NCBI GenBank assembly: GCA_039815375.1
Contig: JBCBZJ010000006.1
Span: 32,001 to 96,000, forward strand
From: Verrucomicrobiota bacterium
Lineage (GTDB): Bacteria; Verrucomicrobiota; Verrucomicrobiia; Opitutales; Coraliomargaritaceae
Length of the DNA stretch: 64,000 bases
Direction: 5' to 3'
This document shows, piece by piece, positions 1-10,200 of this stretch. The notes beneath the pieces are model-generated. The model saw nothing but the letters and a program-made list of their open reading frames with translations. It had not been told where the DNA came from and ran no database searches. The first letter of the stretch is position 1. Each line of letters starts with the position of its first letter. Both the position numbers and the translations under genes were made by a program.

Positions 1-62
1 CGCCACTCGTGGTTTTCAATGAAAGTGAGGATTTCTTGTTGGCGTTTGGTCAGGTCTTTCAT
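1..62 (-). CDS. lexA: SOS repressor LexA, 5' part only (runs off window)
   Basis: Manual translation from ATG at 62: MKDLTKRQQEILTFIENHEW, a typical LexA N-terminus. A LexA-box-like site lies just upstream. Not in the ORF track. Confidence 0.8.
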   Translation of the reverse strand, partial: MKDLTKRQQEILTFIENHEW

Positions 63-72
63 AGTGAGCAAT

Positions 73-86
73 TGTATAGGTGAACA
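73..86. promoter_or_regulatory. Putative LexA operator
   Basis: TGTAT-AGGT-GAACA versus the Verrucomicrobia LexA consensus TGTTC-N4-GAACA (2 mismatches), 11 bp upstream of the lexA start. Confidence 0.55.
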
Positions 87-104
87 ATTGTCCATTGTCA
101 AGTC

Positions 105-124
105 TGTGAATAAGCTGTGGATAA
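105..124. promoter_or_regulatory. Two tandem DnaA-box-like 9-mers
   Basis: TGTGAATAA (105-113) and TGTGGATAA (116-124), reverse complements of TTATNCACA. Confidence 0.4.
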
Positions 125-188
125 AGAGGGCTATCTTGTAACAATTTGATTTGAACAAGTGCCACACCCCGCTTTCGTAGGTACTTTG

Positions 189-2045
189 ATGTTGCGAAAT
201 AAAGCCGACAGACACCGCTGGTTGTTTCCTTTTGGGGCGGCTTTTTGGGCTCTGGTTTTTTCGGGTTGTTCGGGGAAGGAAGAGATTGTTCCACCCGAAG
301 CGGTGGTTGCACCTATCCCGGAAGATGCCGCAGTGGCGGATTTTTCACCTGGCGAGTATGGGGCCAGTTTGATCGAGACCATCCCAGGTGATATCGCGAC
401 TCTAAATCCACTCCTGAATGAGTCGGCCAATGGTTCGGCGGTGATCGGTCGTTTTCTGAATGGTTTGATTACCTTACACCCTGAGACAGGTGAGATCATT
501 CCAAATTTGGCGAAGTCCTGGGAAATCTCGGAGGACAATTTGGTCTATACCTTTCATTTACGCCGTGGTGTGCACTGGAGCGACGGGCATCCGTTTACGG
601 CAGAGGATGTCATTTTCACCTGGAATTGCTTTTTTGCGAAGCAAAGGGACCCGGATACAGGCAAAGTCCTCACCGATGAGAACGGATCCCCAAAATATCG
701 CTATGTCTCCAGATCGACTTTCGGGCAGCTGATCAATGGACAAGAACCGATCTTTGAGAAAGTAGACGACTACACGGTTCGTTTCACGACTCCCGAAGTG
801 TATGCTCCGTTTCTTCTCTTTGGTGGCGGCGAAGAGATACTACCGAAGCATATTCTTGGCTCGGCGTTTGAAGACGGAAGCTTGATGGATCAGTGGAGCT
901 TGCAGACTGCGATCAACGAGCCATGGAAAATTGTCAGCTTGGGGATGTATGTGCTTGAGTCCTATCGTCCGGGTGAGCGGATTGTTTTCGGGCCGAATCC
1001 GAACTACTGGAAAGTAAATCCCGATGGCGAGCGTCTGCCCTACATCAAGCGAGTCATTACCAAGATCGTGCCCGATTATAACAGCAGTAATGTAGCTTTT
1101 GCTCAGGGACTGACAGACTTTGAATCGGTAACGCCGGACAATGTCGCCTGGATCAGGCGCGGTGAGGAACGTTACGACTACACTGTTCTGGACATGGGGC
1201 CATCAAGCCGGACGAACTTTATCTGGTTTAATCTGAATCCCGGCTCCGATGCCAATGGCAAGCCCTTCGTCGCGCCTCATAAGTTTGCGTGGTTTTCGGA
1301 TAAACGCTTTCGGCAGGCAGTTTCCTATGGGATTGATCGGGAAGGCATTGTGCGCGGGGTTTATTTTGGAAGAGCTGAAGTGCTCCACGGTTATGTTTCT
1401 CCCAAGCGCCGTTTCTGGTATAACGACAATATTCGGAAGTTTCCTTACAAACCGGAAAATGCCCGGGCGCTTTTCAAGGAAATGGGCTTTCAGTATATTG
1501 ACGAGAAGTTACACGATGCGGAGGGGCGTCCGGTCGAGTTTTCCATCATGACGAATGCCGGTAATGGGCTTCGGGTCGAGATGGCCACAGTCTTCAAAGA
1601 GAATATGGCCGACCTCGGTATTGAGGTGGAGCTGCAGTTTTTAGACTTCAATACAATCATTACCAAGACCTCGGATTCCTTCGATTACGAGGCTTGTATG
1701 CTCGGTCTCGGTGGCGGCGCACCGGATCCCTTTGCCGGGAAAGACATTTTGATGAGTGGGGGACGTCTGCATCAGTGGTATCCTTCACAGCCGGAACCGG
1801 CCACTGAATGGGAAGGCCGTATTGACGAGCTGATGATTGAAATCGGTCGGAACACCGACACGCAGAAGCGCAAGGCATATTTCTTCGAGGTTCAGGAAAT
1901 TATGGCCGAGCAGCAACCACTTATCTTTCTTGTCAGTCCGAAGGATTATGTCGGTCACAAGAATCGTTGGCAGAATCTGCAGCCTACTTTGCTGGGTGGC
2001 GTCACCTGGAATGAAGAGTCCCTCTGGGCGGAGCCGGAACTATGA
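189..2045 (+). CDS. Peptide/nickel ABC transporter substrate-binding lipoprotein (family 5)
   Basis: Lipobox FSGC; LAKSWEIS..YTFHLRRGVHWSDGHPFTAEDV signature. Start uncertain (159 or 189). Confidence 0.9.
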   Translation: MLRNKADRHRWLFPFGAAFWALVFSGCSGKEEIVPPEAVVAPIPEDAAVADFSPGEYGASLIETIPGDIATLNPLLNESANGSAVIGRFLNGLITLHPETGEIIPNLAKSWEISEDNLVYTFHLRRGVHWSDGHPFTAEDVIFTWNCFFAKQRDPDTGKVLTDENGSPKYRYVSRSTFGQLINGQEPIFEKVDDYTVRFTTPEVYAPFLLFGGGEEILPKHILGSAFEDGSLMDQWSLQTAINEPWKIVSLGMYVLESYRPGERIVFGPNPNYWKVNPDGERLPYIKRVITKIVPDYNSSNVAFAQGLTDFESVTPDNVAWIRRGEERYDYTVLDMGPSSRTNFIWFNLNPGSDANGKPFVAPHKFAWFSDKRFRQAVSYGIDREGIVRGVYFGRAEVLHGYVSPKRRFWYNDNIRKFPYKPENARALFKEMGFQYIDEKLHDAEGRPVEFSIMTNAGNGLRVEMATVFKENMADLGIEVELQFLDFNTIITKTSDSFDYEACMLGLGGGAPDPFAGKDILMSGGRLHQWYPSQPEPATEWEGRIDELMIEIGRNTDTQKRKAYFFEVQEIMAEQQPLIFLVSPKDYVGHKNRWQNLQPTLLGGVTWNEESLWAEPEL

Positions 2046-3016
2046 TTTCATTTGTCATACGTCGTTTGTTTACGTTGCTTCCGCTACTTTTCGGGATCAC
2101 CATGCTCGTCTTCGTTCTAATGAGCCTGGCACCGGGTGATTTCCTCACCCCGGTTCGCGCACAGCGTGATGTGCCTGAAGAGCTCATCCGTTCAATTGAA
2201 GTCGAGTTCGGTTTGGATCAGCCCTGGTATGTACAGTATTGGAAATGGCTGACGAATGTTTGCCAGGGTAACCTGGGTCACTCTTGGGTTTATAAGCTGC
2301 CTGTGACCGATTTGATTGGTCAGCGCGCGCTCGCCACCTTCCTGCTCTCGCTCAGTGCCTTGCTGTTTTCCTGGTGTATCGCTATTCCACTTGGGGTTTT
2401 GGCAGCAATTTACAAGGACTCCATCTTCGACCGGATTTCTGCGGCGCTGGCTTACGCAGCCTTGTCGATCCCCGAGTTCTTTCTCGCGCTACTGCTGGTT
2501 TTCTTTGCGGCCCAGACGGGTTGGTTCCCTATGGGTGGAGCAACCTCGTTCGGTTACGAATACATGAGTCTATGGGGACAAATTGTTGATCGTGCACAGC
2601 ATTTACTATTGCCCACGCTGGCGCTGGGGATCGGCTCAATCGCAAGTATTATGCGTATCATGAGAGCAAACTTCCTTGACGCGATGCGTGCGCACTACGT
2701 GCAGACGGCACGTGCCAAAGGCCTTTCCGAGTTCATCTCAATGTTTCGTCATGCTCTGCGCAATGCAATCAACCCTCTACTGAGCGCCTTTGGTTTTGCC
2801 TTTTCAGGACTTCTTAGTGGTGCGCTGATGGTGGAGATCGTGCTGCAGTATCCCGGTCTCGGTCAACTGATGTATCAGTCGATCCTGCGGGAGGATCAGT
2901 TCGTCGTGCTCGCATCGGTTATGCTGGGCTGCACGATGCTGGTAGTCGGTAATCTGCTGTCGGACATTCTCCTGGCCTGGTCTGACCCACGAATCCGTTT
3001 GGAGCAAAAAGACTGA
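2042..3016 (+). CDS. Peptide ABC transporter permease (OppB/DppB-like)
   Basis: LGLDQP..QY motif, EAA loop TARAKGL, HALRNA. Confidence 0.92.
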   Translation: MISFVIRRLFTLLPLLFGITMLVFVLMSLAPGDFLTPVRAQRDVPEELIRSIEVEFGLDQPWYVQYWKWLTNVCQGNLGHSWVYKLPVTDLIGQRALATFLLSLSALLFSWCIAIPLGVLAAIYKDSIFDRISAALAYAALSIPEFFLALLLVFFAAQTGWFPMGGATSFGYEYMSLWGQIVDRAQHLLLPTLALGIGSIASIMRIMRANFLDAMRAHYVQTARAKGLSEFISMFRHALRNAINPLLSAFGFAFSGLLSGALMVEIVLQYPGLGQLMYQSILREDQFVVLASVMLGCTMLVVGNLLSDILLAWSDPRIRLEQKD

Positions 3017-4068
3017 TGAATTTAAGGCAGATCTTCATTGAACTCTTTAGCCGCCCCCTCGGTATCGCTTCGGCATCTGTTTTGGGCTTGTTGTATTTTT
3101 CAGCAATTTTTGCAGGCTTTCTGGCGACACAGGCAACCAATGAACAGGATCTCGAAAGAACTTACCATCCGCCCACGAAGATCTTTTTCAAGGAGGGTGG
3201 CTTACGTGTGCAGGCCTATCAATTGGTCGATCCAAGCACCGCAGCATATGAACCGGTTGAGGGGAAATCCTATCCTTTGCAGATCTTCGGTCGAGGTTTC
3301 GAATACCGACTCTTTGGGTTGATTCCTACGGATCGGCATCTGCTTACGCTTGCAGACGAAGCGGGTAGTTTCTATCTACTTGGAAGCGATTCTACAGGAC
3401 GTGATGTGTTCTCCAGGTTGCTCTATGGCGCTCAAGTGTCTCTATTTATCGGGCTGATTGGAATTACCATCACGACGACGCTTGGCTTTTTAGTCGGTGG
3501 GCTGAGTGGTTATTTTGCAGGTCGGACCGACTTCGTTGTGATGCGTTTGGTCGAGTTCCTCATGGCTATACCGGGTCTTTACCTGTTGCTTTCACTGCGC
3601 GCTGCACTTGCGCCATATTTCGAGTCCGACCAGATGTTTTTCGTTATCGTCATCATACTAGCATTTATCGGCTGGGCGGGCACGGCACGTATTCTCCGTG
3701 GCATGACGCTCTCGATTCGTAAGCACCAATATGTGGCCGCAGCCGAAAGTATGGGGCAGCACCCGCTTCGTATTCTGCAAAAACATGTTCTGCCGAATCT
3801 GGTTAGTTATCTGTTGGTCGCAGCAACGCTTTCGATCCCAGGCTATGTTTTGGGTGAGGCAGCACTTTCCTTTCTCGGATTGGGCATTCAGGAGCCGGCT
3901 GCGTCATGGGGACTGATGCTCTCCCAGGCTCAGGATGTGAAAGTCTTTTACCTGAACTTCTGGTGGATGCTCGCGCCGGGCTTTGCAATTTTTGTGACAG
4001 TGATTGCCTACAACGTGCTCGGTGATGTGCTGCGCGATATCGTCGACCCGAACATGCAGACACGCTGA
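3016..4068 (+). CDS. Peptide ABC transporter permease (OppC/DppC-like)
   Basis: LLGSDSTGRDVFSRLLYG and LSFLGLG..P..SWG motifs. Confidence 0.92.
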   Translation: MNLRQIFIELFSRPLGIASASVLGLLYFSAIFAGFLATQATNEQDLERTYHPPTKIFFKEGGLRVQAYQLVDPSTAAYEPVEGKSYPLQIFGRGFEYRLFGLIPTDRHLLTLADEAGSFYLLGSDSTGRDVFSRLLYGAQVSLFIGLIGITITTTLGFLVGGLSGYFAGRTDFVVMRLVEFLMAIPGLYLLLSLRAALAPYFESDQMFFVIVIILAFIGWAGTARILRGMTLSIRKHQYVAAAESMGQHPLRILQKHVLPNLVSYLLVAATLSIPGYVLGEAALSFLGLGIQEPAASWGLMLSQAQDVKVFYLNFWWMLAPGFAIFVTVIAYNVLGDVLRDIVDPNMQTR

Positions 4069-4107
4069 TTTGGAAAAACTATAATGAAAACCATCATTCC
4101 AGTTGCG

Positions 4108-4172
4108 GGTAGGGGGCGGTCCTGGGACAAGCCATCACGGCTTCGCAGCTTGCGTGGACGCTGCGCCCAACC
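4108..4172. repeat. Degenerate REP-like imperfect palindrome
   Basis: GGTAGGGGGCGGTCC ... GGACGCTGCGCCCAACC are imperfect inverted arms in an intergenic gap. Confidence 0.35.
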
Positions 4173-4257
4173 TGTGATATCGAAAAACTCGCATCGATTT
4201 ACCACCTCCTGCTGGTATTAACTTTCACAAGCCTCTATTTTAACTGTCGAAGAATCT

Positions 4258-5103
4258 ATGCCTGAGTTACTTGAAGTCAAAGACCTGCGAATCGCCTTTC
4301 ACTCGCGCGGTGAAACGAATGAGGTGGTCCATGGAGTTAATTTCTCGGTCGAGGCCGGTGGAAAAACGGTGGCGATTCTCGGCGAAAGCGGTAGCGGTAA
4401 GAGCGTAAGCTGCCTCTCCTTGACGAAGCTCTTGCCCGGCGAGCCGTCCTGCACCATTGAGGGGCAAATTCTATTCGACGGGAAAGACGTCCTCTCTATG
4501 TCGGCGGATCAGGTGCGCCGGATCAGAGGCGAGGGCATCGCTTACATTTTCCAGGAGCCCTCTGCTTCATTGAATCCGGTCTTCACTATCGGCTATCAAA
4601 TTGCGGAAGCCGTAAAGCTGCATCGGTCGGACATTACTGATGTAAAAGCGCGTGTGGTCGAGCTACTGGATTTGGTCGGTATTCGTGATGCCGAGAAGCG
4701 CTACAAAGCCTATCCTCACGAGATGAGTGGGGGTATGCAGCAGCGCGTCATGATTGCGATGGCACTGGCCTGTGAACCTAAGCTGCTGGTAGCAGACGAA
4801 CCGACAACTGCACTGGATGTTACCATTCAAGCGCAGATTATGGATCTACTCCGGGAGTTGCGTGAAAAGCTCGGCATGAGCATCGTGCTGATCACCCACA
4901 ACTTCGGTATCGTCAAAGGTTTCGCTGACGAAGTGATCGTCATGTATCGTGGCAATATTGTCGAGCAAGGTCCAGTCGAGGAGGTTCTCAATGATCCACA
5001 GCATCCATACACCAAAGCACTCATTGCCTGTATTCCGAAGCTTGGTGCCAAACAGCACCGCCTGACGACCATCGAGCAGGAGATGGCTGCTGTCGATGAC
5101 TAG
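4258..5103 (+). CDS. Peptide ABC transporter ATP-binding protein (OppD/DppD-like)
   Basis: GESGSGKS, YPHEMSGGMQQR, ADEPTTALD, HPYT. Confidence 0.93.
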   Translation: MPELLEVKDLRIAFHSRGETNEVVHGVNFSVEAGGKTVAILGESGSGKSVSCLSLTKLLPGEPSCTIEGQILFDGKDVLSMSADQVRRIRGEGIAYIFQEPSASLNPVFTIGYQIAEAVKLHRSDITDVKARVVELLDLVGIRDAEKRYKAYPHEMSGGMQQRVMIAMALACEPKLLVADEPTTALDVTIQAQIMDLLRELREKLGMSIVLITHNFGIVKGFADEVIVMYRGNIVEQGPVEEVLNDPQHPYTKALIACIPKLGAKQHRLTTIEQEMAAVDD

Positions 5104-6884
5104 TCAGGGAGCGTCAAAAAGATTGTGAATCGAGCGCTCTGGAAGCGATCTCCTTGGCTGTTCAGCTGGGCATTGGTGCATCCGAAAGTAAAGGCCCAAT
5201 CCCCGGCATTGGCTTGCCAAAACACGGGCTCAGTCTGATCGGGACCGCTTGTCTTGATACGGTCATGCAGTTCATTGGCCCATTCATTGGTATCGATCTC
5301 AATGATTGATGTGCCGTCAGCAGTGATGGTGAGACGGCTCTCTTCCAGATTCGTCGTAAAAAGCAGCTCTCTGCCATCGACGGTAACGCTTCGCGATGTC
5401 TCGTTATTTCGGTAGCTGTAGACATCTAGATCGACCATCCACTCATGGCCGTGAGTTGGCATGACGTTTCGATTTGCGTAAAAGTTCTTTCTGGAGCCTG
5501 ATAATTTATCATTCAGCTCAAGATATTTCATAACTCGGCTAGTCATGTTGTAGCTGCGCTTCGAGCTAAAGTCCGATTGATTGTTTTCTTTGTAGAAGCC
5601 AGCCAACTCAGCCTCCAATGGTTGAGGTCCGAAATTCTCGAAGAGATAACGAAGGGCGCTCTGAAGTTCAGCGACTCTTTCTGATTCAAAATCTCCAGTT
5701 GAGGGCACGAGGATGCCATTTTTGAGGACGCCGAATTCCTCTGCCATATTCTGAATTCGCCCCATTTGTGCACGCTCGCTCCAGCCGAAAGCGCCGATCG
5801 GCCCGGAGTAGATTGAGAGCAGGGCGATCAAGAGCAGGCTGAACGGCATCCACGCGATCTTCAGTGCCGGGCGAATGATATAAGCCAGCGAAAGCCCGAA
5901 AAGCCAGACTGCGAGGGCCAGTCCAAGATAGCGGTTGATCGTCATGCCATAGTCCCCGAGGCGAACTTGAAGCGCGAGGAAGAGCACGACCGAAAGTGGC
6001 AGCAATGCACGGAAGAGCCAGCGATGGAAGAAGCGGGCCCAATTTTCGGTCTTTGGCAGGGGCAGGCTCAGGACAAAGGTGAGTAAACTAATCACCGCGA
6101 GGACGAAAATCGGCATGGCGACCCAGCCATTCGGCCAGCTCCATTGAATGCCGATCTTGGCAATGTAAGCATAAAGAATAAGGAGATAGAGCGCCACTAA
6201 TGGCAGGCCGATAAAGCAAAGACTGAAACGTAGCGGCTTGGGAAAATCGGTGGCTTCTTCCGGACTGTCGATCCGTGGCAGTCCACTCAGGAAGAGCATC
6301 GGATGTGCGAACAGTGCGCAGATCACCCAAAGTTGCGGGTAAAGTTCATCGTCGAGGCCGAGCTCGAAGAGCTTATCAACGCTGAGCAGTGCCAAAGCGA
6401 GTCCCCCGAAGAGCAGGGCGGCATTGACGCTGCTGAAGAAGTAGCGCAGGAAGCAGTTGAGATTGAAACGCCAGAGTTTCTCCGAGCCTGACTTTCCAAT
6501 GGCCGGGACCAGAGCAATGCCCAGATGAAGGGCGAACAAGAGGATGAAGTATCCATACCAAAAAGGAGGGCGTGCTTCATCGAGGAACTCTGGCATGAAA
6601 AAGCGACCGTAAAGAAGGAGCAGAATCAGGATGCCGGTATGGCCGATGAGGCGGTTACGTCCTGAAGCGCCACGAGCTTCTGCAACTAGATCGCAGAGCA
6701 GGCTCGCGACAAAACCAAGCCCAGTCAGGAAGGCCAAACGGAAGATGTGACTTTCATCAAAGTCTTCACCGATTGCTAGGACCAAGAGAGCCGTAGTGAG
6801 GGCTGCAACTGAGGTCGGAATCGGAAATCGCACGAAAGTCGCACGGAGCCCCAGTGAGATGGTTTGGAGAGTAGGCAAGCGCAT
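5100..6884 (-). CDS. DUF4153-like multi-pass membrane protein
   Basis: About 10 TM segments; RFP near the N-terminus; YIAKI..W.WP and RLGDYGMT.NRY motifs. ATG at 6884 preferred. Confidence 0.75.
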   Translation of the reverse strand: MRLPTLQTISLGLRATFVRFPIPTSVAALTTALLVLAIGEDFDESHIFRLAFLTGLGFVASLLCDLVAEARGASGRNRLIGHTGILILLLLYGRFFMPEFLDEARPPFWYGYFILLFALHLGIALVPAIGKSGSEKLWRFNLNCFLRYFFSSVNAALLFGGLALALLSVDKLFELGLDDELYPQLWVICALFAHPMLFLSGLPRIDSPEEATDFPKPLRFSLCFIGLPLVALYLLILYAYIAKIGIQWSWPNGWVAMPIFVLAVISLLTFVLSLPLPKTENWARFFHRWLFRALLPLSVVLFLALQVRLGDYGMTINRYLGLALAVWLFGLSLAYIIRPALKIAWMPFSLLLIALLSIYSGPIGAFGWSERAQMGRIQNMAEEFGVLKNGILVPSTGDFESERVAELQSALRYLFENFGPQPLEAELAGFYKENNQSDFSSKRSYNMTSRVMKYLELNDKLSGSRKNFYANRNVMPTHGHEWMVDLDVYSYRNNETSRSVTVDGRELLFTTNLEESRLTITADGTSIIEIDTNEWANELHDRIKTSGPDQTEPVFWQANAGDWAFTFGCTNAQLNSQGDRFQSARFTIFLTLPD

Positions 6885-6961
6885 GGTGGTTTCAGACTGA
6901 AGCACCAACTGGCCGGTTCAAGCTGCCTTTGCTGCTAGCTACGGTTTTGCTTCAGAAATCG

Positions 6962-6979
6962 AAAAGCCCCGATAGGGCT
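6962..6979 (-). terminator. Intrinsic terminator (minus strand)
   Basis: AGCCCTATCGGGGCTTTT: hairpin followed by a U-tract. Confidence 0.55.
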
Positions 6980-7102
6980 GAACCTTAAAACTTTTTCTTA
7001 CACTAGCGTATTTTTATGTCCAGCAGTGGTCTGAGGTCTGTCTTGTTCGTTCGTTGTGCTCACTTTTTACTCGTAATTTTATAAGCTTTTAGTAGCACTA
7101 TA

Positions 7103-7200
7103 CAAAATAAGATGCGCCGGAGCGCACCTTATCAATTGTCGCGATTAAATCACTTGTTTGAACGAATGTTAAGATCGCTGTCTCTGATTTTCAAAAACTA
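7103..7200 (-). ncRNA. tracrRNA
   Basis: 7173-7199 (gatcgctgtctctgattttcaaaaact) nearly matches the crRNA-sense repeat, so the minus strand is the anti-repeat. It is followed by a small hairpin and the terminator hairpin ATAAGGTGCGC-TCCG-GCGCATCTTAT-TTT (7132-7104). Confidence 0.85.
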
Positions 7201-7224
7201 TTCCATCAAACTAGCTAAATAGTA

Positions 7225-10200
7225 ATGAGCAATAGTAAAATGGATTTTGTCTTAGGTTTGGATCTGGGCTCTCAATCAATTGGGTGGAGCGTATGCCCTT
7301 GTTCAAAGGAAGGTGAAGTTTCTGGTCTTTATTCTTTTGATGTTCGGATATTTGACGATGGGCGTGATGCAAAGTCGAATGAGCCCTTGGCTGTGGGTAG
7401 GCGTCTTGCTAAGCAGACAGCTCGCCGGAGGCAACGTGCCTTTGGCCGTCGGCAGGCTCTTTTGAAGTGCCTTAGAAAACATGACCTGCTGCCGAACTCG
7501 ACTGAGGAAAATCGGACGCTTGTGAGTAAAGATCCTTACCGATTGCGAGCAACTGCCGTAGAGCAAAAAATCGATCGCCACGAAATTGGTCGCGCCATTT
7601 TACATATCAACAAACGTCGTGGCTTCAAATCGACGCGCAAAGATTATCAAGCCGAAGATGCCGATCTGAAAGGTATGAAAAAAGGGATCGAAGAACTGAA
7701 GGAGGAGCTTGGTGATAGCATGACTCTTGGGCAGTTTCTATATGCGAAGAAGCAGAAAAATGACCGTGCTGTGCTAAGATTCAAGTCTGTTACCAAAGGC
7801 AGTACGAATGAATGGTCTATCTATCCTGAACGCAGGATGTATGAGCATGAAATTGGTCGTATCTTCGAGGAGCAACAAAAGCACTATTCTGATTTGGATG
7901 ATACATTGCTTAATCGAATATTGTTCATTGTCATTGAACAACGTCCCTTAAAGAAGCCGAAGGTAGGCTCTTGTCGCTTTCATGTTGATCAAAGGAGAGC
8001 ACCGCTGGCATTGCCTAGTCAGCAATCGTTTCGTATTTATCAGGAGGTTTCAAATTTGGAGATTCGCCAAAACTCAGAGTTCAGACGCCTAAGAGATGAC
8101 GAGCGGCAAGCGATCGTTGATCAGCTGACCCTGAAGGCGACTAAGTCTTACCGAAATAAGAATGGAGTTGGTCCTGAACTGACATTTGCCAAAATTAAAA
8201 CCAAAATACTCGGAGATTCTTCTATTCGATTTAATCTTGAAGAGATGGGACGTAAGTCCCTGTCAGTGGATGTAACTGCCTTGGAACTCTCGAGTAATGC
8301 ATGTTTTGGAGATCGATGGTTTAATATCCCATTGTATGAGCAAGATACAATTGTGCTTAAGCTCACAGGGACCGAAGATAAACAAATTCAAGATAATGAT
8401 GATGCTGTAATAAAGTGGTTGATGAAGACCTACAGCATAACAGGAGCTAGTGCTACAGCATGTCTACATGCTAAATTAGCCGATGGTTATGGGCGACTCG
8501 GACTTCGTGCGCTATCTGAGATTTTGCCATTTTTAAAGGGCGGGATGCATTATGCGGATTCAGTTCAGGCTGCCGGATTGAAAGATCCTCTCGCAGAAGT
8601 GGAGCTACACGAGAAATTGCCGTATTACGGAGAGGTGTTGGAAAACTATACCATGCCGCATCCCTCAGACTGCAGTTATGGGAATACGGATAATCCTGAA
8701 ATACGCTATGGCCGTATTCCTAACCCGACTGTGCACATAGGCCTAAATCAGATTCGGAAGGTCGTTAATGCATTGATTGAGCGCTATGGGCGACCAAAAG
8801 TAGTTCGTATTGAATTGGCCAGAGATTTTGCCTTTAGCGCAAAACAAAACAGTGAAGAGAAAAGACAACAGGAGAAAAATCGAAAAAGAAATGGGGAAGC
8901 GCGTGATGCAATCGCCAGAGCAGGGCATGATCCGAGGAATCCCAAAAATCTCTTACGCTATAAACTTTGGACTGAGTTGAATAAGGATTGTTTGCAGCGC
9001 TCATGTCCATTTTCAGGGCGAAAGATTAGTATCGAAAAACTTTTTTCATCCGAGGTTGAGATCGAGCATATTATTCCGTTTTCGCGTTCTTTCGATGACT
9101 CATTTAACAATAAGACACTATGCTTTCGTGACTATAACCGACTGAAGTCAAACCTCACACCTTACGAAGCCTTTGGGCAGGTTCCTGAATATGCTGATAT
9201 TCTTGAAAGAGTTCAGTCATTGAATTCCGCTAAACGTTGGCGCTTTAGGGAAGACGCTTACGAGCGTTTTATGAAAGAAAATCCAGATTTGATTGCCCGT
9301 ACTCTAAACGATACGCGGTATTTGAGTCGAGCAGCAGTCGCCTACCTTCGTTCTGTTTGTTCGGATGTTCAAACCATTCGTGGAGCAATGACATCTTCTT
9401 TGCGTCATTTCTGGGGATTGGATCGTATTCTTTCTGATGCGAATGAGAAGGACCGTTCAGAGCACAGGCACCACGCCATTGATGCTTTTGTCGTGGCTTG
9501 TTCAACACCCTCATTCTTGAGGAGATTCCAGTTTTTGACAGAGGCCAATAAACGAAATTTCCCAGATCAGAATCCACTGCATTTAGATGATTTTCCACCT
9601 CCATACAAGGATTACAAGCCTTCACAGATTGCCGATTCAGCTAGTCGCATACTTGTATCACATCGATTAAATCAGATCCAAGAATCGAGAGGGAATATTG
9701 CGACTTCCGGGCAATTGCACAACGAGACTTTCTACGGATTGAACGAAACGAGGGAAAAAGGTTTCTCTCTTAGAGTTCGAAAACCACTACTTGCGCTTAA
9801 GCAGGCAGATTGCAAAAATATTGCCAGCCCACGATTGCGTATCTTCTTCTCTAAGAAAGCCGAGGAAATCTCAAATGCGTCCGAGTGGAAGAAGCTGCTT
9901 GAGGGAATTGTTGCTTCTGGCCGTATAAAACGATTGCGAATGTTGGAAAATAAATCGAGTAACGCGGTAACAGGTTTTTCAGCCAGAGATGGCTCGATCT
10001 ACCGATATGCGATGACAAGTGGAAACGCTTGGGCTGATATTATTTCTTTTAAAGGAAGTAACGAAAATGAGGTATGGAAAGTTCATGTAGCTTCTGTATT
10101 TGATGCTGGATCAGGGGGTGCCCAACAACCAGTTTGGAAGGTGGAGCACCCAACAGCTCGAAAGATTGCGCGTGTCAGCATCAATGACACTATCGCGCTT

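Noticed and set aside
16..538. Minus-strand ORFs of 98 and 135 aa
   Set aside because: They overlap the ABC binding-protein gene; the real minus-strand gene is lexA starting at 62.
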